Shown here: piece after piece, positions 25,809 through 39,800 of the stretch | Layout of the letters: each line of letters begins with the position of its first letter | How positions within the stretch are numbered: the stretch's first letter is position 1 | Position numbers and translations under genes: made by a program | Notes under the pieces: model-generated | Databases searched by the model: none | The model's input: only the letters and a program-made list of their open reading frames with translations | What the model was told of the DNA's origin: nothing | IMG/VR virus record: IMGVR_UViG_3300021256_000087 | Coordinates: 1 to 64,000 of that record | Origin: a virus | Taxonomy: Duplodnaviria > Caudoviricetes | Length of the DNA: 64,000 bases | Strand: one strand, 5' to 3'

Positions 25809-28800
25809 TTATTGACTTACATTATCAATTCCTAAAACAAATATTCTTTTAGTGGGAACATCAGTAACTATATGTCCAACTTGATTCCAATTTCCAGCAC
25901 CAGAAGGTTGAGAAGCCGAAATAGCAATATTCTTAGTGCTGGATTCTTGCCATAAATAAGGTCGATCTGTTGGGTTTAAAGCTTTAGCTACACTAATAGT
26001 TTGCCATTTTAATGTACCGCTAGGAAGATTACCTTGGCTATCTTTAATCTGGTTGACCGTTATGGTTCCGTTAACATCAAGATTTTGTGCATTAATAGAT
26101 TCGTGTACTGTTAATGTTCCGGTCGTCAAATCCTCGATATTTGCTTTATCAGCAGTCAAAGTTCCTATATTAGCTGTTACCGCACTGAGCTGACCTTGAA
26201 TGTTTAAATTCATAAGGTTCATTGCTTCAATAGTCGCATACCCAGCAATAGTAACATTTTCAAAGTTACCACCGGTCGCCGTTATATTCGAGAATGTTGC
26301 AGTACCATCGTTATAGATTCCCCATTTAACGTTATTATTAATAGAACACACCATACTACCAGTATTATATAACGTTACATTACCACTAGTGCCTGAAAGA
26401 GACGTTTGTCCGATATTCCATCCGCCTATCGTACCATCTGTGGCCGTGAGAGTGCCGCTATTAGTAACACGAAAAGTGCCATTACCATTATTAATTTCCC
26501 CATTTATTTGAGCACCCGTACAAGTCATTAATCCACTTTCGTTGACTGAGAATGCGGTTCCGCTAGACCCTACTACACTTATAGATCCACCCGTAATAGC
26601 TGCGCCGGTAATTGTTCCGCCACTCGTAACACCATTCTCCAAGGTAATGTCTCTTGCAGTAACCTTACCTTCTGGCGTAACGACAAAGTTATTACCATTA
26701 GTTATAGATGAAGCACTGATAGTACCTCCATTAAGTGAGAGAAGGTTGCCATCATATGTCAACTTGTTTCCTCCGAAACTGAACGTTCCATTATTTAAAT
26801 TAATATGGCTCCCTGTGTTTCCAATTGCTGAGTAATTACTTGAATATATATCTCCTCCAATAATACTCGAACCGCTTATATGTCCTGCTTGTACAAACTC
26901 TGCCGTAAGACCATAATCAGATGCGATCTTATAAGCATCATCATTAGGATCATAATAAGTATAATCATGTTTTCCAAGTGCAGCCGACGCCGTTTCCCAA
27001 TTATTCTTTGTGAATACAAGAATGTTATGCGTAATTCTTAATTGCTCTGGACTATAAGTTTCGGTATCTGGATCGTAACTTTTAGCATATATTCCATTTT
27101 CTCCAAAAGTAATTTCTTCATCAACATTATTCTTGACATTTGTCAGCGCGGACAATAACCCAGTTTCAACAAATTTACCTATCGTTGTATTTGCCTTTTC
27201 TCCAGCAGATGCTTGATTAGTGGTATATCCATAAGATCCAGATATTGATTTAGCTGAATTTAATATACTCTCTACATCTGTCATGATGTTTCCAATTTTA
27301 GTTACGTTGGAAAATTCTACATTAATTTTATTAAAATCACTAAAATCTATAGAATAAGAAACCAGCCTTAATCTAAATAATTGGTCATCTGCTATTACTC
27401 TAATCCAGTTTCCAAGAACAAATTTATCTTTATACACTTCATATCCGGTGGTTGGTATTAAATTATAAAGATTACATTTAACACTATATTGAGGAGTGGT
27501 CGCTTTTAAAAGTTCCCTATTGGCGGCCTCAAGATATTCTCGTGCTTTAGCAAATAGTGCAGCCTTATCGTCAACGCCAGTCGAAATATAATTAGAATTA
27601 GAATATGTCTGCTCTCGTCGATAAGCACAATAGATATTGTATAGTTCTTCTCCTAAATAATTCTTGAAATTTAATATATCTTGGATTTCTCTTTTTCTTG
27701 CTTCTAATGATCCATCTAAGATAATAACGGTTTCATCGTCTTTAGTGATCTTTCCAATGATATTTGTCCAATAATCTACATTTGCAATAGCATAAGGCTC
27801 TCCATATCCATCGGTTCTTTGAGACGGGGAACCGTCAGGTTCTATACCAGATTGCCTTCGACCTATTTCATCCTCGGTCGCTTTTAATTTCGCGTAATAT
27901 GGTTCATATACACTGTCATAAAATTCATCTACTACGTTAGAATGCCCCTCTTGTGTAAGAATATCAATGCACCCAGATAACGCGCTATGAAAAGAACCTA
28001 ACCTTTCGACGGAATAACGAGTAATAGCATATTCAAATTGCGGGGAAGAAAGATTTAATACTTGGAATATATTACCTTCCTTATCATTATATTTAACTAT
28101 ATTTTTTGCTATTTTATCATTGAGATATGTCTCATAATCATCAGTCACCAACACATTAATAGTACGGCTGTATGCGGTATCTTCATTGTTCGAATAATTT
28201 GTAATTAAAAATCTTCCAGTCCATTGACCATAATTATGACCTTCAGAATCTATTCCTTGATATTCAAATGATGCCGGTTGCTCAGTCATATCTACTTGGG
28301 CTTTAACATAACCAGTTTTCACTACCGTTTTTACTAATTGTTCAAGAGCATTGTTTACTGTTTTTACAACAGTGCCATTACTAACACTTGCCAATCCTAA
28401 CGGAGATAATTTATCTGGCGTTATTTTAGAAGCCTGATCTTGCGCTGTGATGGGATCTTGCTCAAAAGATGGCATTAACGAATGAGCGTATTTATTTTGC
28501 TTATAAAGAGCGTCATAATAATCTTCCATTAATTGCGCATATTCTTCTTTATAAGAATCATATAAATCATTATAGGATTCTATTTTACTTACAAGACTAT
28601 CGGGCATATCTACATAATCAAGCTCATTAAACAGATTGATGTATTCTGATCCATTCGGATTTAGACCCACTACGGTAGAAGTCATATAGTCATCTCCCGT
28701 CTCAAGTTTAAATGTATTCTTAATTGAGTCAGTGTCAATAGTTAACTCTATATCGTCAGTAAGATTTTCTTTATTGATAACAACGCGAGTATCTTCTCCG

Positions 28801-29675
28801 AAAAAATTAAGATCAGTGCTCCCACATTCAGAGCAAACCATTCTTTTAAATGCAATAACCCCATCATTACCACATAACCACGCATTATCTGAATCAGTAG
28901 TTATTTTTAAATCTGAGTCTTGAGCATATTCAGTGAGGTCGTAATACCCATGTTCATAATTGGGGTCTTGGCGATGAGAACAATTATTACAAACTACAAG
29001 TAAGTCATAAACGTTAATTATTTTATGAACATTATCGATTAAAAACATTACCTCAAATTCTTCGGCCACATCTTTAGACAAAAAATCCCATACGCTTTTA
29101 TCATTAATTGAAAACTCAGGTCTTCTTTCTAAGGCAGCCACGCTTTCTGGTACATGTCCAATAGAATACTGAGGAATTTTATATAAGGCTCTATGTAATA
29201 AAGATCGACTAGGATCTTCTGGGTCATAAAAAATGGTGCCTTGATATTCGCCCAGTCCCTTTATTCTTCTTTCATTATTTTGTATTTCAATGTCTATAGG
29301 CGTATTAATTTCTAGCCCATATATTTGTGTTTGAGATAACTCTGCTATACCAGCATTAACTCCCACTACACTTTTCTTTCTCTCAACCGTATCATGATCT
29401 GTAATGGTGATTTCAAGATAATCATTCAATTCGGGTATATATATTAATTTGAAATCTACTAGGTCATTCCACAATGGCTCTATTTTTCCGTTCAGTTCAT
29501 AATAAACATCGAAAGATACTTCATTGCCATTTAGCATTTCAGCCTTAAGATTGATCGAAGAAAAATCAACATTTTGAACAGTTCCAATTTGTTTATGATC
29601 TCTGCTACATAAAACAATTGTAAATTTGTCGTATAGGGTTTTTATTGGCCCATAAAAATTATTTGTATTTGCCAT
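25809..29675 (-). CDS. Baseplate hub / tail-associated (Tal-like) protein
   Basis: 1288 aa, directly after Dit; FVLGNWIRV motif, Zn-ribbon insert, Gly/Thr-rich beta-helical C-terminus (GGWNIG). Confidence 0.7.
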   Translation of the reverse strand: MANTNNFYGPIKTLYDKFTIVLCSRDHKQIGTVQNVDFSSINLKAEMLNGNEVSFDVYYELNGKIEPLWNDLVDFKLIYIPELNDYLEITITDHDTVERKKSVVGVNAGIAELSQTQIYGLEINTPIDIEIQNNERRIKGLGEYQGTIFYDPEDPSRSLLHRALYKIPQYSIGHVPESVAALERRPEFSINDKSVWDFLSKDVAEEFEVMFLIDNVHKIINVYDLLVVCNNCSHRQDPNYEHGYYDLTEYAQDSDLKITTDSDNAWLCGNDGVIAFKRMVCSECGSTDLNFFGEDTRVVINKENLTDDIELTIDTDSIKNTFKLETGDDYMTSTVVGLNPNGSEYINLFNELDYVDMPDSLVSKIESYNDLYDSYKEEYAQLMEDYYDALYKQNKYAHSLMPSFEQDPITAQDQASKITPDKLSPLGLASVSNGTVVKTVNNALEQLVKTVVKTGYVKAQVDMTEQPASFEYQGIDSEGHNYGQWTGRFLITNYSNNEDTAYSRTINVLVTDDYETYLNDKIAKNIVKYNDKEGNIFQVLNLSSPQFEYAITRYSVERLGSFHSALSGCIDILTQEGHSNVVDEFYDSVYEPYYAKLKATEDEIGRRQSGIEPDGSPSQRTDGYGEPYAIANVDYWTNIIGKITKDDETVIILDGSLEARKREIQDILNFKNYLGEELYNIYCAYRREQTYSNSNYISTGVDDKAALFAKAREYLEAANRELLKATTPQYSVKCNLYNLIPTTGYEVYKDKFVLGNWIRVIADDQLFRLRLVSYSIDFSDFNKINVEFSNVTKIGNIMTDVESILNSAKSISGSYGYTTNQASAGEKANTTIGKFVETGLLSALTNVKNNVDEEITFGENGIYAKSYDPDTETYSPEQLRITHNILVFTKNNWETASAALGKHDYTYYDPNDDAYKIASDYGLTAEFVQAGHISGSSIIGGDIYSSNYSAIGNTGSHINLNNGTFSFGGNKLTYDGNLLSLNGGTISASSITNGNNFVVTPEGKVTARDITLENGVTSGGTITGAAITGGSISVVGSSGTAFSVNESGLMTCTGAQINGEINNGNGTFRVTNSGTLTATDGTIGGWNIGQTSLSGTSGNVTLYNTGSMVCSINNNVKWGIYNDGTATFSNITATGGNFENVTIAGYATIEAMNLMNLNIQGQLSAVTANIGTLTADKANIEDLTTGTLTVHESINAQNLDVNGTITVNQIKDSQGNLPSGTLKWQTISVAKALNPTDRPYLWQESSTKNIAISASQPSGAGNWNQVGHIVTDVPTKRIFVLGIDNVSQ

Positions 29676-29685
29676 AACACCCTCC

Positions 29686-30519
29686 TTAAATCAATCCAAA
29701 TTTGCTTATTGGTTTGTATGTCATTTCAATTTCTGTATCTGCTAAATTAGCAACAAATATATTTGTCCTATAATCAAGACCGCTTCCCATATTATTCCAT
29801 ATTTTAGGAAAGACATAATTAAAATCATCTTGAATATTTTCATGCGAAACATATGCTGGGAACTGTACGGTTCCGGTTTCACCATCCAAAATTATAGTTT
29901 CACCAGAAGCGCAATTGGCTATAACGGTTAGCTCCTCACGTTTTCGAGTATTATATAATATCAAATGTCCATCGGTATGAATTGTAAAAATACACCGAGG
30001 ATATATAAACCCTTGCTCGTCAGACTTATCTTCGATCGTAACCGTATCAGTACCGGTAACAGTGACCTCATCATAATATCCAAATGGAGCATCAGTGGTC
30101 ATATCAAGTTGAAATCCTATTACATTCCCCATATAAACTATGGGCTGTACATTAAATGTTGCGTTATAATGTACAGTGGGCCATGAAGTATTAGAATAGA
30201 CAGGAACAAAATCTTCATACCGAGGCTGATTAAGCCACCTTAAAATGTTTACAACTTCTTCGTATGTGTAATACCCGCATTTATCACATGGATTTTTAAA
30301 AAATGAAAATTGCTTTTCCACATAAGAATCATAAGTTGATGTGACACTTTTTCTTTTCTTTAACGGCTTTAACTCTATAGGATTTAAATTTAATTCACTA
30401 CCTATATTCACAGGGCCAACAGTATCTCCACCTGATATATCACCAATAACCCCATTAAATTCTGAGAGGCTATGTCCGCAATATATAAAATCTATAAAAT
30501 CATTAACAATAAATTTCAT
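29686..30519 (-). CDS. Distal tail protein (Dit-like)
   Basis: Position after the TMP; FQLDMTTDAPFGY and IYPRC motifs. Confidence 0.7.
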   Translation of the reverse strand: MKFIVNDFIDFIYCGHSLSEFNGVIGDISGGDTVGPVNIGSELNLNPIELKPLKKRKSVTSTYDSYVEKQFSFFKNPCDKCGYYTYEEVVNILRWLNQPRYEDFVPVYSNTSWPTVHYNATFNVQPIVYMGNVIGFQLDMTTDAPFGYYDEVTVTGTDTVTIEDKSDEQGFIYPRCIFTIHTDGHLILYNTRKREELTVIANCASGETIILDGETGTVQFPAYVSHENIQDDFNYVFPKIWNNMGSGLDYRTNIFVANLADTEIEMTYKPISKFGLI

Positions 30520-30821
30520 CCGTCGTCCTCCTTCCCAATACCACATTCTTTCATAAACTTTTCCATTTTCTTTTTATATTCAACGTTGAGTTTTATAAAC
30601 TTCTTACGTTCATCTTCATATTTATTTTTTGCTTCCTGAAGCTCGGTAATCTCGTTAGATACCTTTGTAAGTAATTCATTAAGTTGATATATCAAAGCGT
30701 CGGCCTCTATCTGTTTATCTCTGAGTAACGCCGCATCTATATTATTTTGTTCAAGTTCATTAATTTTTTCTTTTAATGATTTAATGACTTGTTCACGTCT
30801 CTTTAATCTAATGTCCTTCAA
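30516..30821 (-). CDS. Coiled-coil hypothetical protein
   Basis: 101-aa ORF between TMP and Dit. Confidence 0.6.
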   Translation of the reverse strand: MKDIRLKRREQVIKSLKEKINELEQNNIDAALLRDKQIEADALIYQLNELLTKVSNEITELQEAKNKYEDERKKFIKLNVEYKKKMEKFMKECGIGKEDDG

Positions 30822-30887
30822 ATTGATTCCTCCTTTTATTCAAATAGAAACAGTGGGACGGAATTTGACCTCCGCCCCACCTAATTA

Positions 30888-33800
30888 TTAGATAGAGTAT
30901 TTACTCAATTTGCTTTTTCCTAAAGCAGTACCTATAGTTATATTCTGAACCAGCTTTTCGAATTGAGGATCCTTCTTTGCCTTATTAACAAAGTCTTCGT
31001 AACTTGTTACATTGGGCAGTGAGAAGGATACATTCATTCCATTAATTGTGGTTCCAGAAGTAATATTACTTAACGTATTAGCTGGCAGTGTCGCCAGAGG
31101 TTGCATCATCTTAAAGATACTTTGCATCTGCTTTATACGCTCAAGGCTAAGTACTTCTTCACCGGTACGGGCGAGAATAATACCATCCTCTCCAGTACGC
31201 TTAATAGCAGATCCAATTGTACCGCCCTTAGCATAAGCTGCATTTTTTAAAGTATTAGCTTCTTTTATAGCTGCCACTGCTTGAGCATGGTAAAATTGTA
31301 CGTTCGCCAAATAACCTTGCCATTTATCATATACAGCTTGTTTATTTGCTCCGCTCAAAGCAGGAGGTAATGACTTATATTTTTTCTCTTCTGATTTTGC
31401 CAATTGTCTGTATTGTTTTTCTAATTCAATATATTTCTGATACTGCTCTTCGAGTTCTTGTATTTTTCTAATATTAACAGATTTTTTAGATTTTTCTTCT
31501 CCTTCGGAAGGGTCTTCTCCTTGTATTCCATCAGTCGTGACCTGAGGAGAATTATTTGTTCCGTTATTGGATCCATTATTATTCCCATTATTTTGTCCGA
31601 GCTGAGCAATCTGATTTGCAATCTGTGCTGCTTGATTTGCAGAAGAAGTAGCCACTGCATTTGCAAGCGCACTAAGAGCATTCAGTTGATTCTGAGCGTT
31701 GACATTAGCATCGGTGTGCATACCTTCAATCACAGCCTTCACCGCATCAACAGCTCCAACAGCATCGCTAATCTTCATATCGAAATTAATTCCGAAAGAA
31801 GTGTTCTCAAGATCGTACGGAAATTCATCGAGCTCCTGTTGAATACTTTGTTTTATTGTCTCACCACTTGCAGCGGTCTGGTCAATAGCTTGTGCCACCA
31901 GTTTATCGAGATTATCAAGACGATCATCTATGAGTTTCTCAAACGCCTCATACATGTTATCCATCATTTCTTCTTGATCAGAAAGCCACTTATCATACTC
32001 TGTTTGCTGTAAGTCTTCTTCTGCCTTCTTAAGGTCGTCGGCAAGCTGTTGTAAACGAGCACGATTCTCTTCGGAATTATCTCCTCCAAGCGCCGCTAAC
32101 TGTTGCTGATAATTTGTTATAGCTTCAGTTTGCTCTCTGACATTTCTCTCATAATCATAAAGATTCTTTTCAGCCTCTAAAGCTTTCTTACGGTAGTCTA
32201 TAGACTTCTGTAAATAATCAAGGAATGTCTCGTACCCTTGTTTAATTAAATCTCTGATGGCTTGCTTTTCAGAAGAGATACCTTTGATAATATCTCTCCA
32301 CTGATCTATAAGTTCGTTGCGCCTGTCAAGCAACTTCTTATTGTTAGGATCTTTCACAAGATCAGCATTAATCTTTTCTATCTCTTCGGCATAATCCTTG
32401 GCTTGCTCGGTAAGGGTCTGATAACTATTAACGTGCAAACCTTGGACAGAAAGAGCGGCGTCACTCATATTGCCGTTTGCATATAAGTTCTCGCCGATAA
32501 GAGCGTTCTTCTCGAACATCATAGCCTCATCCTGAAGGATGTCGATAAGGAACTCATTCTCTTCAGTAAGGCGACTAACCGAATCTTGAATGTAATCAAA
32601 CTTATCCCATTCAAGTTGTCTAATCTGATCATTATAACCAGCGATATTAGATTGAAGTTCTAAGACTTGATCGTTGACATTTTGAAGACTATCATACATT
32701 CCCCACCACTGTTCGGAACCATACTCAATGTCACCATTGGATACGGCCTCATCAATAGATGCGGCGAGTTGTTGTGCTTCATCTTGAAGTTGACCAAGCT
32801 TATCTTCAGCACCCGCTCTAAGCTGTTCGATTAAAAGCGTAGATTCAAAATATCCTTCTGATTCTATTGTACTCTGTATATGACCAATACGTGTTGCAGC
32901 ATGGTCAATGCTGAGCGCCATCTCTTCGAACTGCTTAGTAATGTAATCAAATCTAGTTTGTGCGAGCTGAGCAATCTCCCCACGCAAATCTTCAACAGCA
33001 TCTGCGGCATCAGTGGATTTATCATAATATTCTTGGAAGTCACTAATTTGCTCTTTGAGTTTTTCGTCAGTAACAGTTTCAATATCCATAAGGCCATTCA
33101 TAACTTTACTACGATACTCAGCACTTAATCCAATTGCATTAGCCTCTGCCATATAGGCCTGTGCGGCTTGCTCTTGGAGAGCGATTTCTTCCTTGAGTTT
33201 CTGATATTTGCCTGATGTAAATTTATCGTAATCAGCATAAATAGCTTCTTGCTGAAGATGTAATCTTTCAGCATAATCATCCGCTTCTTCAAGGGTGTCA
33301 AATATACCTAAGTATTCACCGGTGTTATGATATCTATCAAGTGCCTCATCACTGGTCATCTCATATGGATTACCAAGCTCGTCCCAGTCAATGGTTGGAA
33401 CTAAAACAAATTTACCATCCTCTTCAAAGGATTCACTTAATACAGTTTCTACCCAAGATTCACCGTTTTCTTCTTGCCAAAGCTGAGGTCTATTATACAG
33501 ATCAATATTGCCACGACCAAACTGACCAATCTCGTCATGGAACTCTTCGGTCTTACCCATAAGGGCGTCAATTCTATCGCCCCACTTCTTATATGTTGCA
33601 TCGGCAACCTTACCGAGATTAGTGACAGCACGCTGGATTTTCTTAATCGCGCGCTCAATCCAGTCGAACTTCTGCTTAGAGTCACCGGACTTGTCATTAT
33701 CGACCATGGTATTGGCATCCCATTTTACATCAGGTTTCCAATCCACCTCGACACTACTAATTGCGTTTGCAACTTCATCTCTAAGTTCATTGGCTTCCTT

Positions 33801-36800
33801 TAAATATTGAGAAGCAGTATATGAACCGGATCCTAAATTTTGAGCAACATGTTCAAGATAATCGGCTCTTGCAAGTTTTTCTTCTGCCTTTGCAAGTTCA
33901 AGAGTTCCAACGGTAGCTATTCCAAGAGACTTATACAATTTGATGAGATTATTGACATCTTCCTTAGTCTCAATTGTAATACTATTTGCAAGTATTCTTC
34001 CCTTATAATAGTTTAATAAAGCTTCATTACTGAGAATAAGTTGTATTTGCTCTTCGGTTAAATCACCAATTTCAGCGTCAATATCTATCTCGTTTTTGTT
34101 AGCCTCTTCTTTTGCAGCAGCATAAGTTTCTGCACTATATCCTAATCTTGAGAAAAGAACATCCGCTGCATTCGTTACACCCATTTCGGTTAATGTCTTC
34201 TGAACAAAAAGTGCAGTTTCTCCTGACGCTTGCCCAAGAGCAGGATTTAAACTATCTACAAGTGTAGTAGCCAATCCATTAAATGCATCATGAGCTTCTT
34301 TCTCTGTAGTTGTCGCATCTGATAATGTAAGAATGAAATCATTAATCTGATCTGTAGAGAAGCCTTCAAGACCTTTTTCTTTCAAATCATTATTTAATGA
34401 TTCTACTTGGCTTCTGACACTTTCTAACTGTTCAGACGTTACCTTAGATATATTAAATCCGGAATCGCTCCAAATAGCTTTGTACGCAGTAGCCATAGCA
34501 TCAAACATAGGCTTATACTGAGCTTCCATGTTTTTAAGCATGGTGGATGCGTCAGATGTTTTCTCTAAGCCGGATGTTTCAAGCTTATACATGGCGACCG
34601 CCTCAGCAGCCGACGTAGCTTGTTCTGCTATATTTTTCCATATTGTAAGTTCTTCATCTGTACCTATTCCTAAGGCATCGAAAGAAGATCCTAACATACC
34701 AAATCTACTTGCGGCAGCATCACGATAACTTTGATAATCGTCTTCAAATGTAAGTTGATTATTTTCTTTGAAAAGTCCTTGACTATAAAGCCTATCAAGA
34801 GCTTGAGTATAATCTACTCCCATGGCGTCGAAGGTATCTTTGAGGAGCTTAAGCCATCCTTGTTGATCATTTGAGAATCCTGACAGATCTCCTCCTGTGA
34901 GATAATTTAATATTTGAGTTTTACTCAAACCACTATCTCCAAGCCACTTTCCAACGGCTTCCGCTCTGTCACCTAAATTAGCGCCATTTTCAGTTTGTTT
35001 ATTCCAATACTCATCGAGATGCGCATTCTCAATCTCGTCGGCATATGTTTTAAAGAATGATCTTAACCATTTCTTTGCGCCCTCATCATTAGCATCAGAC
35101 GCAATTTCCCACATTGTCATGAGATTATCTTTAAGAGCTCTTTCTGTTTCTTCTGTGGGATTCTGAAGATTCTCATAGTATGAGTTCATCAAGGATTCAT
35201 ACTCAGAGTAGTGTTCTTTAGCCATTCTGTCTTGGGCCGCAATTAACCACTCATCAAGATATTCCTCTTCATCTTTGCTCATTTGATCAAGAGCGCGCTG
35301 AATAAAATCAGAAGCTGCATCGGTACCTATCCGGCCTTCATATTCTTCTCTGCCCAATTCCATTTGAGCTTGAGTAAGCATTGTTTTGAGTTCATCATAA
35401 TTAGCGGCTTCAAAATCTATCATACCCAATCGCATGGTTTGTAGATTATTATTTTTTAACACCTCTTTAGGTAGGATATCTTTTAAAACATTAAGGGCTA
35501 ATTCTGCAGATACGGTATTTGTAAATATACCTAAATTAGACCCAGTTCTACCATTAAAGACGCCTTCGGCAGTAGAGGCTCTATCGCTTCCAGACCCAAT
35601 TGAACGCCAGTTAAAAGTTGATTCAGATTTTCTAGCAGCTTCTCTATTCTTGAGTATTTGATTCTCAATTAGCAGTTGGTTTTGTTCTTTTAGATCGCTA
35701 TTTGCGTTCTGAATTACAGTACTATAATTTCCATATGTCTCATTAAGTTCTTGTTGAATAGTTATTAATTCGTTCTTAGCATCTCTGATCTGCTCAGTGG
35801 TTGAATTCTCATCTCTAAGAACTCTATTAGCTTCCCCTATACGCTTAGCATAATCATCAAGAGATTTATTTGATTTGGCTGTTTCTTTGGCAAACTCTTT
35901 TGAGGCCTGTTGTGCTTCTTGATATTTCTTAATCGCGTAATTTATCGCTGTGACGACGGCTGTAATTCCTATGGTTACAATTAATCCTTTTATCGCCGGC
36001 TGTAAATCTTTCTTGGCAGATTCGCTTAAAGCATTTTGTGCGTTTTCTAATTTTCTTTCACTATCCGTTAATTTATCGGTTGCACCAGCTAACGTATTCC
36101 AAGCCTCATCCGCATTATCAAATGTTTCCTTTAAATTTTCAGCATCAATATCAGTATCTTGGAAAACTTGATCAAGATCCTTAAAATTTTCTAAGGCTGA
36201 TGTGTAATCAACTTTATCTAAATCATATTGCTGCTGAGCATAATTAGCATTTTGTCTAATCTGGAAATATCTTTGTATTCCACCATTACTTCCCACTAAC
36301 CCAATTCCAGCACCGGCGGTAAGAGTGGGTAATAATCCGACTTTACCAACTATTTCAGTTAATACATTTAACAATTCCGTTAACGCACTTATTGCATTTT
36401 TAACAGCATCTGTGTCAATAAACTCTTGCCAGAAATTCTCACCGGCAGTTTGAAGCTGAGTCATACGTCCCTGAATTGAATCAACTATGTGCGCATTTTC
36501 CTCCATAGCAGATCCTTCAGATTCTTCAATGGATTTAAGAACATTATCAATCTGCTTGTAGTTCTGCAGCATTGCAGCAAGAGCGTTTGATCTATTCTTA
36601 CCAGCAAGTTTTTCAAGCATCGCGGTACGATCGATATCTGACATTTCATCATAGACCTTACCGATACCTTTAATAATATCCGCAAGAGACTTAAAGGTAT
36701 CTTCATCTTCCATGATGTCAAAGCCTTCGTACTTCCCATTTATGCTAGTATAACCCTTGATAAGCTCTCTAAGTTTAGATGTAGATTTTACAACATAATC

Positions 36801-39800
36801 TGTTTCCTCGCCCATTTCCTCAAGTTCGGAAGATGCGCCTCTAATACGGAGAGCGATAGTTCTAAGTGCAGTACCAGTCTTTTCAGGATCCTGAAGGATT
36901 TCATTACCGGCAGTAATAAGAGCGATAGATTCATTAAATGAAGTATTAGATGCCGCAAGTACCGAAGCGGAACGCTGCATTGCATCTCCAATATCAGTAG
37001 CGGAGAGAGCAAAGTGGTTACCTATTTCGTTATACTTATCTACGATTGACATTGCGTCATCAGCCGTAATATTGAACGCTTTCATGGCGGTGATCATCAT
37101 ATCGGTAGCACCCTTGATATCAACACCGTCTCCAACATTTACAAATACACGTGCGTCCTTTGCTAACTCTGTAGCCTCTTTAATAGAGTATCCTAAGCGG
37201 CTCCAGTCTGCAGCCGACTGTATTAAATCAGCATTTGTTGAAGCAACATCGACAGCTGTTGAACGAATTGTATCTCTAAATTCTGAGTATTCTTTCTCAG
37301 TAGCATCAGTAACTTTACGAAGTTCGACCATTGCGGTGTCGAGCTCTTTTATGGTATTAACACCGGTACGAACATAACGAATAATATCGTACAGTGAAAA
37401 ATATCTAGCAATTTGAGCAGTAAACTGTGCCTTTAAACTCTTACCAATTCTAGTAAAAGCATCTACACCATATACGCCTAATTGCTTGTATTTTGAGCCA
37501 AGATCCATAACCTCGGCTTTTATATTATCATATCTTTCTCTATTAATACCTTCAACAACTTCATCGGCCTTTTTGCCTTCTACTCTTAATAATTGTAATT
37601 CATTTACTAAATTATAAATTCTACTTCTATCGTCTGCTGAAACACCTCGTCCTCGTGTGTTGTTTTGTAGTTCGATAGCATCATTTAATAATTTAGAAAC
37701 TTGGGAAGCTTTAACCGTAACATTTTGATCACTCTGTGCTTCTATGAATCTCTTTCTGTAATCTTCAAGACTTCTATAAGCTTTTCTGATGATCGCCTCA
37801 GCACCTTCTCCGGCATTTTCTATATTTAATAATTGTCTTATTAATTCTTTAGCTTGAGCCGATTCTTCGTCAACCGTATTCTCAAATGCTTTTGTATATC
37901 CAAATCCTTGTTGCCTTTTTCGAACCATTGAGTTCGAAATATCTTTTTGGATCTTTCCGATTTGTCTGGCAAGATTAGCCCCGACCTCTTGATATTCGCT
38001 GTTAGATCCTAATATGCTTTCAACAAATTCACTACCAACATCTTTGCCACGAGCATATTCTCTAATAGCATTATATGCCACATTTAATTTTGACGTAAGA
38101 TTATCAATATATCCTTCATCAGCATCGGTATCAAATTTAGCTTCAGCAATAAGTTTACGAAGATTATACGTTCTTTGATATTGCGTATTTATCTCTTTAA
38201 TGTTTTCAATAGTAGAAGAAAGTTCATCACCTTCTTGTACTAATTTAGCATAATCTTCGGCGCTTCTAATATCACCGGCTTTAAAATCCTGCAACCTTCC
38301 AATATGTTCATTCATTCGGACGTTTATAGAATTGATAGTCCCCAAAACGTCATCTCCGATACTATCGCGTATTGCAGCATTCATAAGAGACCGGAGTTCT
38401 TCGATGCGTCTATCAATCACGCCAGTGTCTACAATTTTGACACGGCTACTTGCATTAGTAGATTGCTTGACAAGATCTTTAGCATTATCTATGTATTGCT
38501 GTCCATCTGCTAATGCCTCTTCTACTATAGAAGTATCAGATTCGCCAAATAATACATTTTCTAATCGCTCGACAATACGATCCCTCGCTTCGATAATATT
38601 GCGTGCGTTGCCCATAAACTCTTCGGAATATATTATGCCTTTATCAGTGTTGTTTTTGATATTATCAACAAGTTTATCTCCATTTTCCTCTATATCTTTT
38701 AATATTTTTTCAGCAACAACACGATTGGCTTCTGCGGTAATTTTGTCCAGTTCTATATTTTTCTCTTCATCGGTCGTTAATCTTGAACCTTCAACATAGG
38801 TGCTGAACAGCTTATTAAAACTATCTTTCTGTTTTGAAATACCACGATTATCTCCGGAAAGTCTCTTAGTTTGAATCTTTGCTTGTAATTCTACAAGGTT
38901 ATTGTACGCTGTAAGTTTACCGGCATCTAAACTATTTTTGGCAACTAGCTTTGAATACCTATCATTAAACCTACGCCACTCTTTAAGATCCGCTCTGTTT
39001 GTTGGATTATCATAATTAATTAAATCTTGTTTTAATTTCTTTAAACCCTCGATATCTCGATTTTCTCCGGATCTTATAATAATCCTATCAATTTTATTTA
39101 AGAACTCAACTACCTGATCGTGAGTGATAGCTTTCCGTTCCTCAGCCCCTTCACTATTTTTCGCATCAGCATTAATACTATCCGCCTGAACGTTCACGAC
39201 ATTTGTCTTTAATACTTCTGTATGATTAGTATCAACTATTGTGACATGAGGAGAACTAATTACTATTCCTTCCTCTGTGCCAACAATTTTAGGTTCAGTC
39301 TTAGGTTCATTGGTATCGGATTTCTTTATTGATTTTCTTTCTTTAGGAGGTTCTTTCGGAGGTTCCTGAGACGTTTTAGGCTTTTGCTCAGACTCGGCTT
39401 TATTCTTAAATTTATTATCAGTATATTCTTTACCAAAAGTCCTTCTTATTGCAAGTTTGAATTCATCAATGGCTCTCGCCGCCGTACTAACTTTAGGAAC
39501 TATACTATTCCACAAATCCAATTCTTGGGCGTTACTTATCTTTAATGAATCGAATTGTTTCTCTGTCATTAAACCGGAATCAATAGCTTTTTTACGAGCA
39601 ATAGGAAGCTGAGACTCCAGATATAAGGACTCTATTGCAGAGTCAAAATTCGTCTTTAATTTATCTAAATTTTTCTGAGCAGCGTTATAATCATCTTCTT
39701 CTGCTTTGAATGGATTATGTATCGATTTCATAACATCAGTAAAGATGGTGATTGCCTCACGTATATCAGTCAATAAAGATACTTCCTTGGCGTCTCCCTT

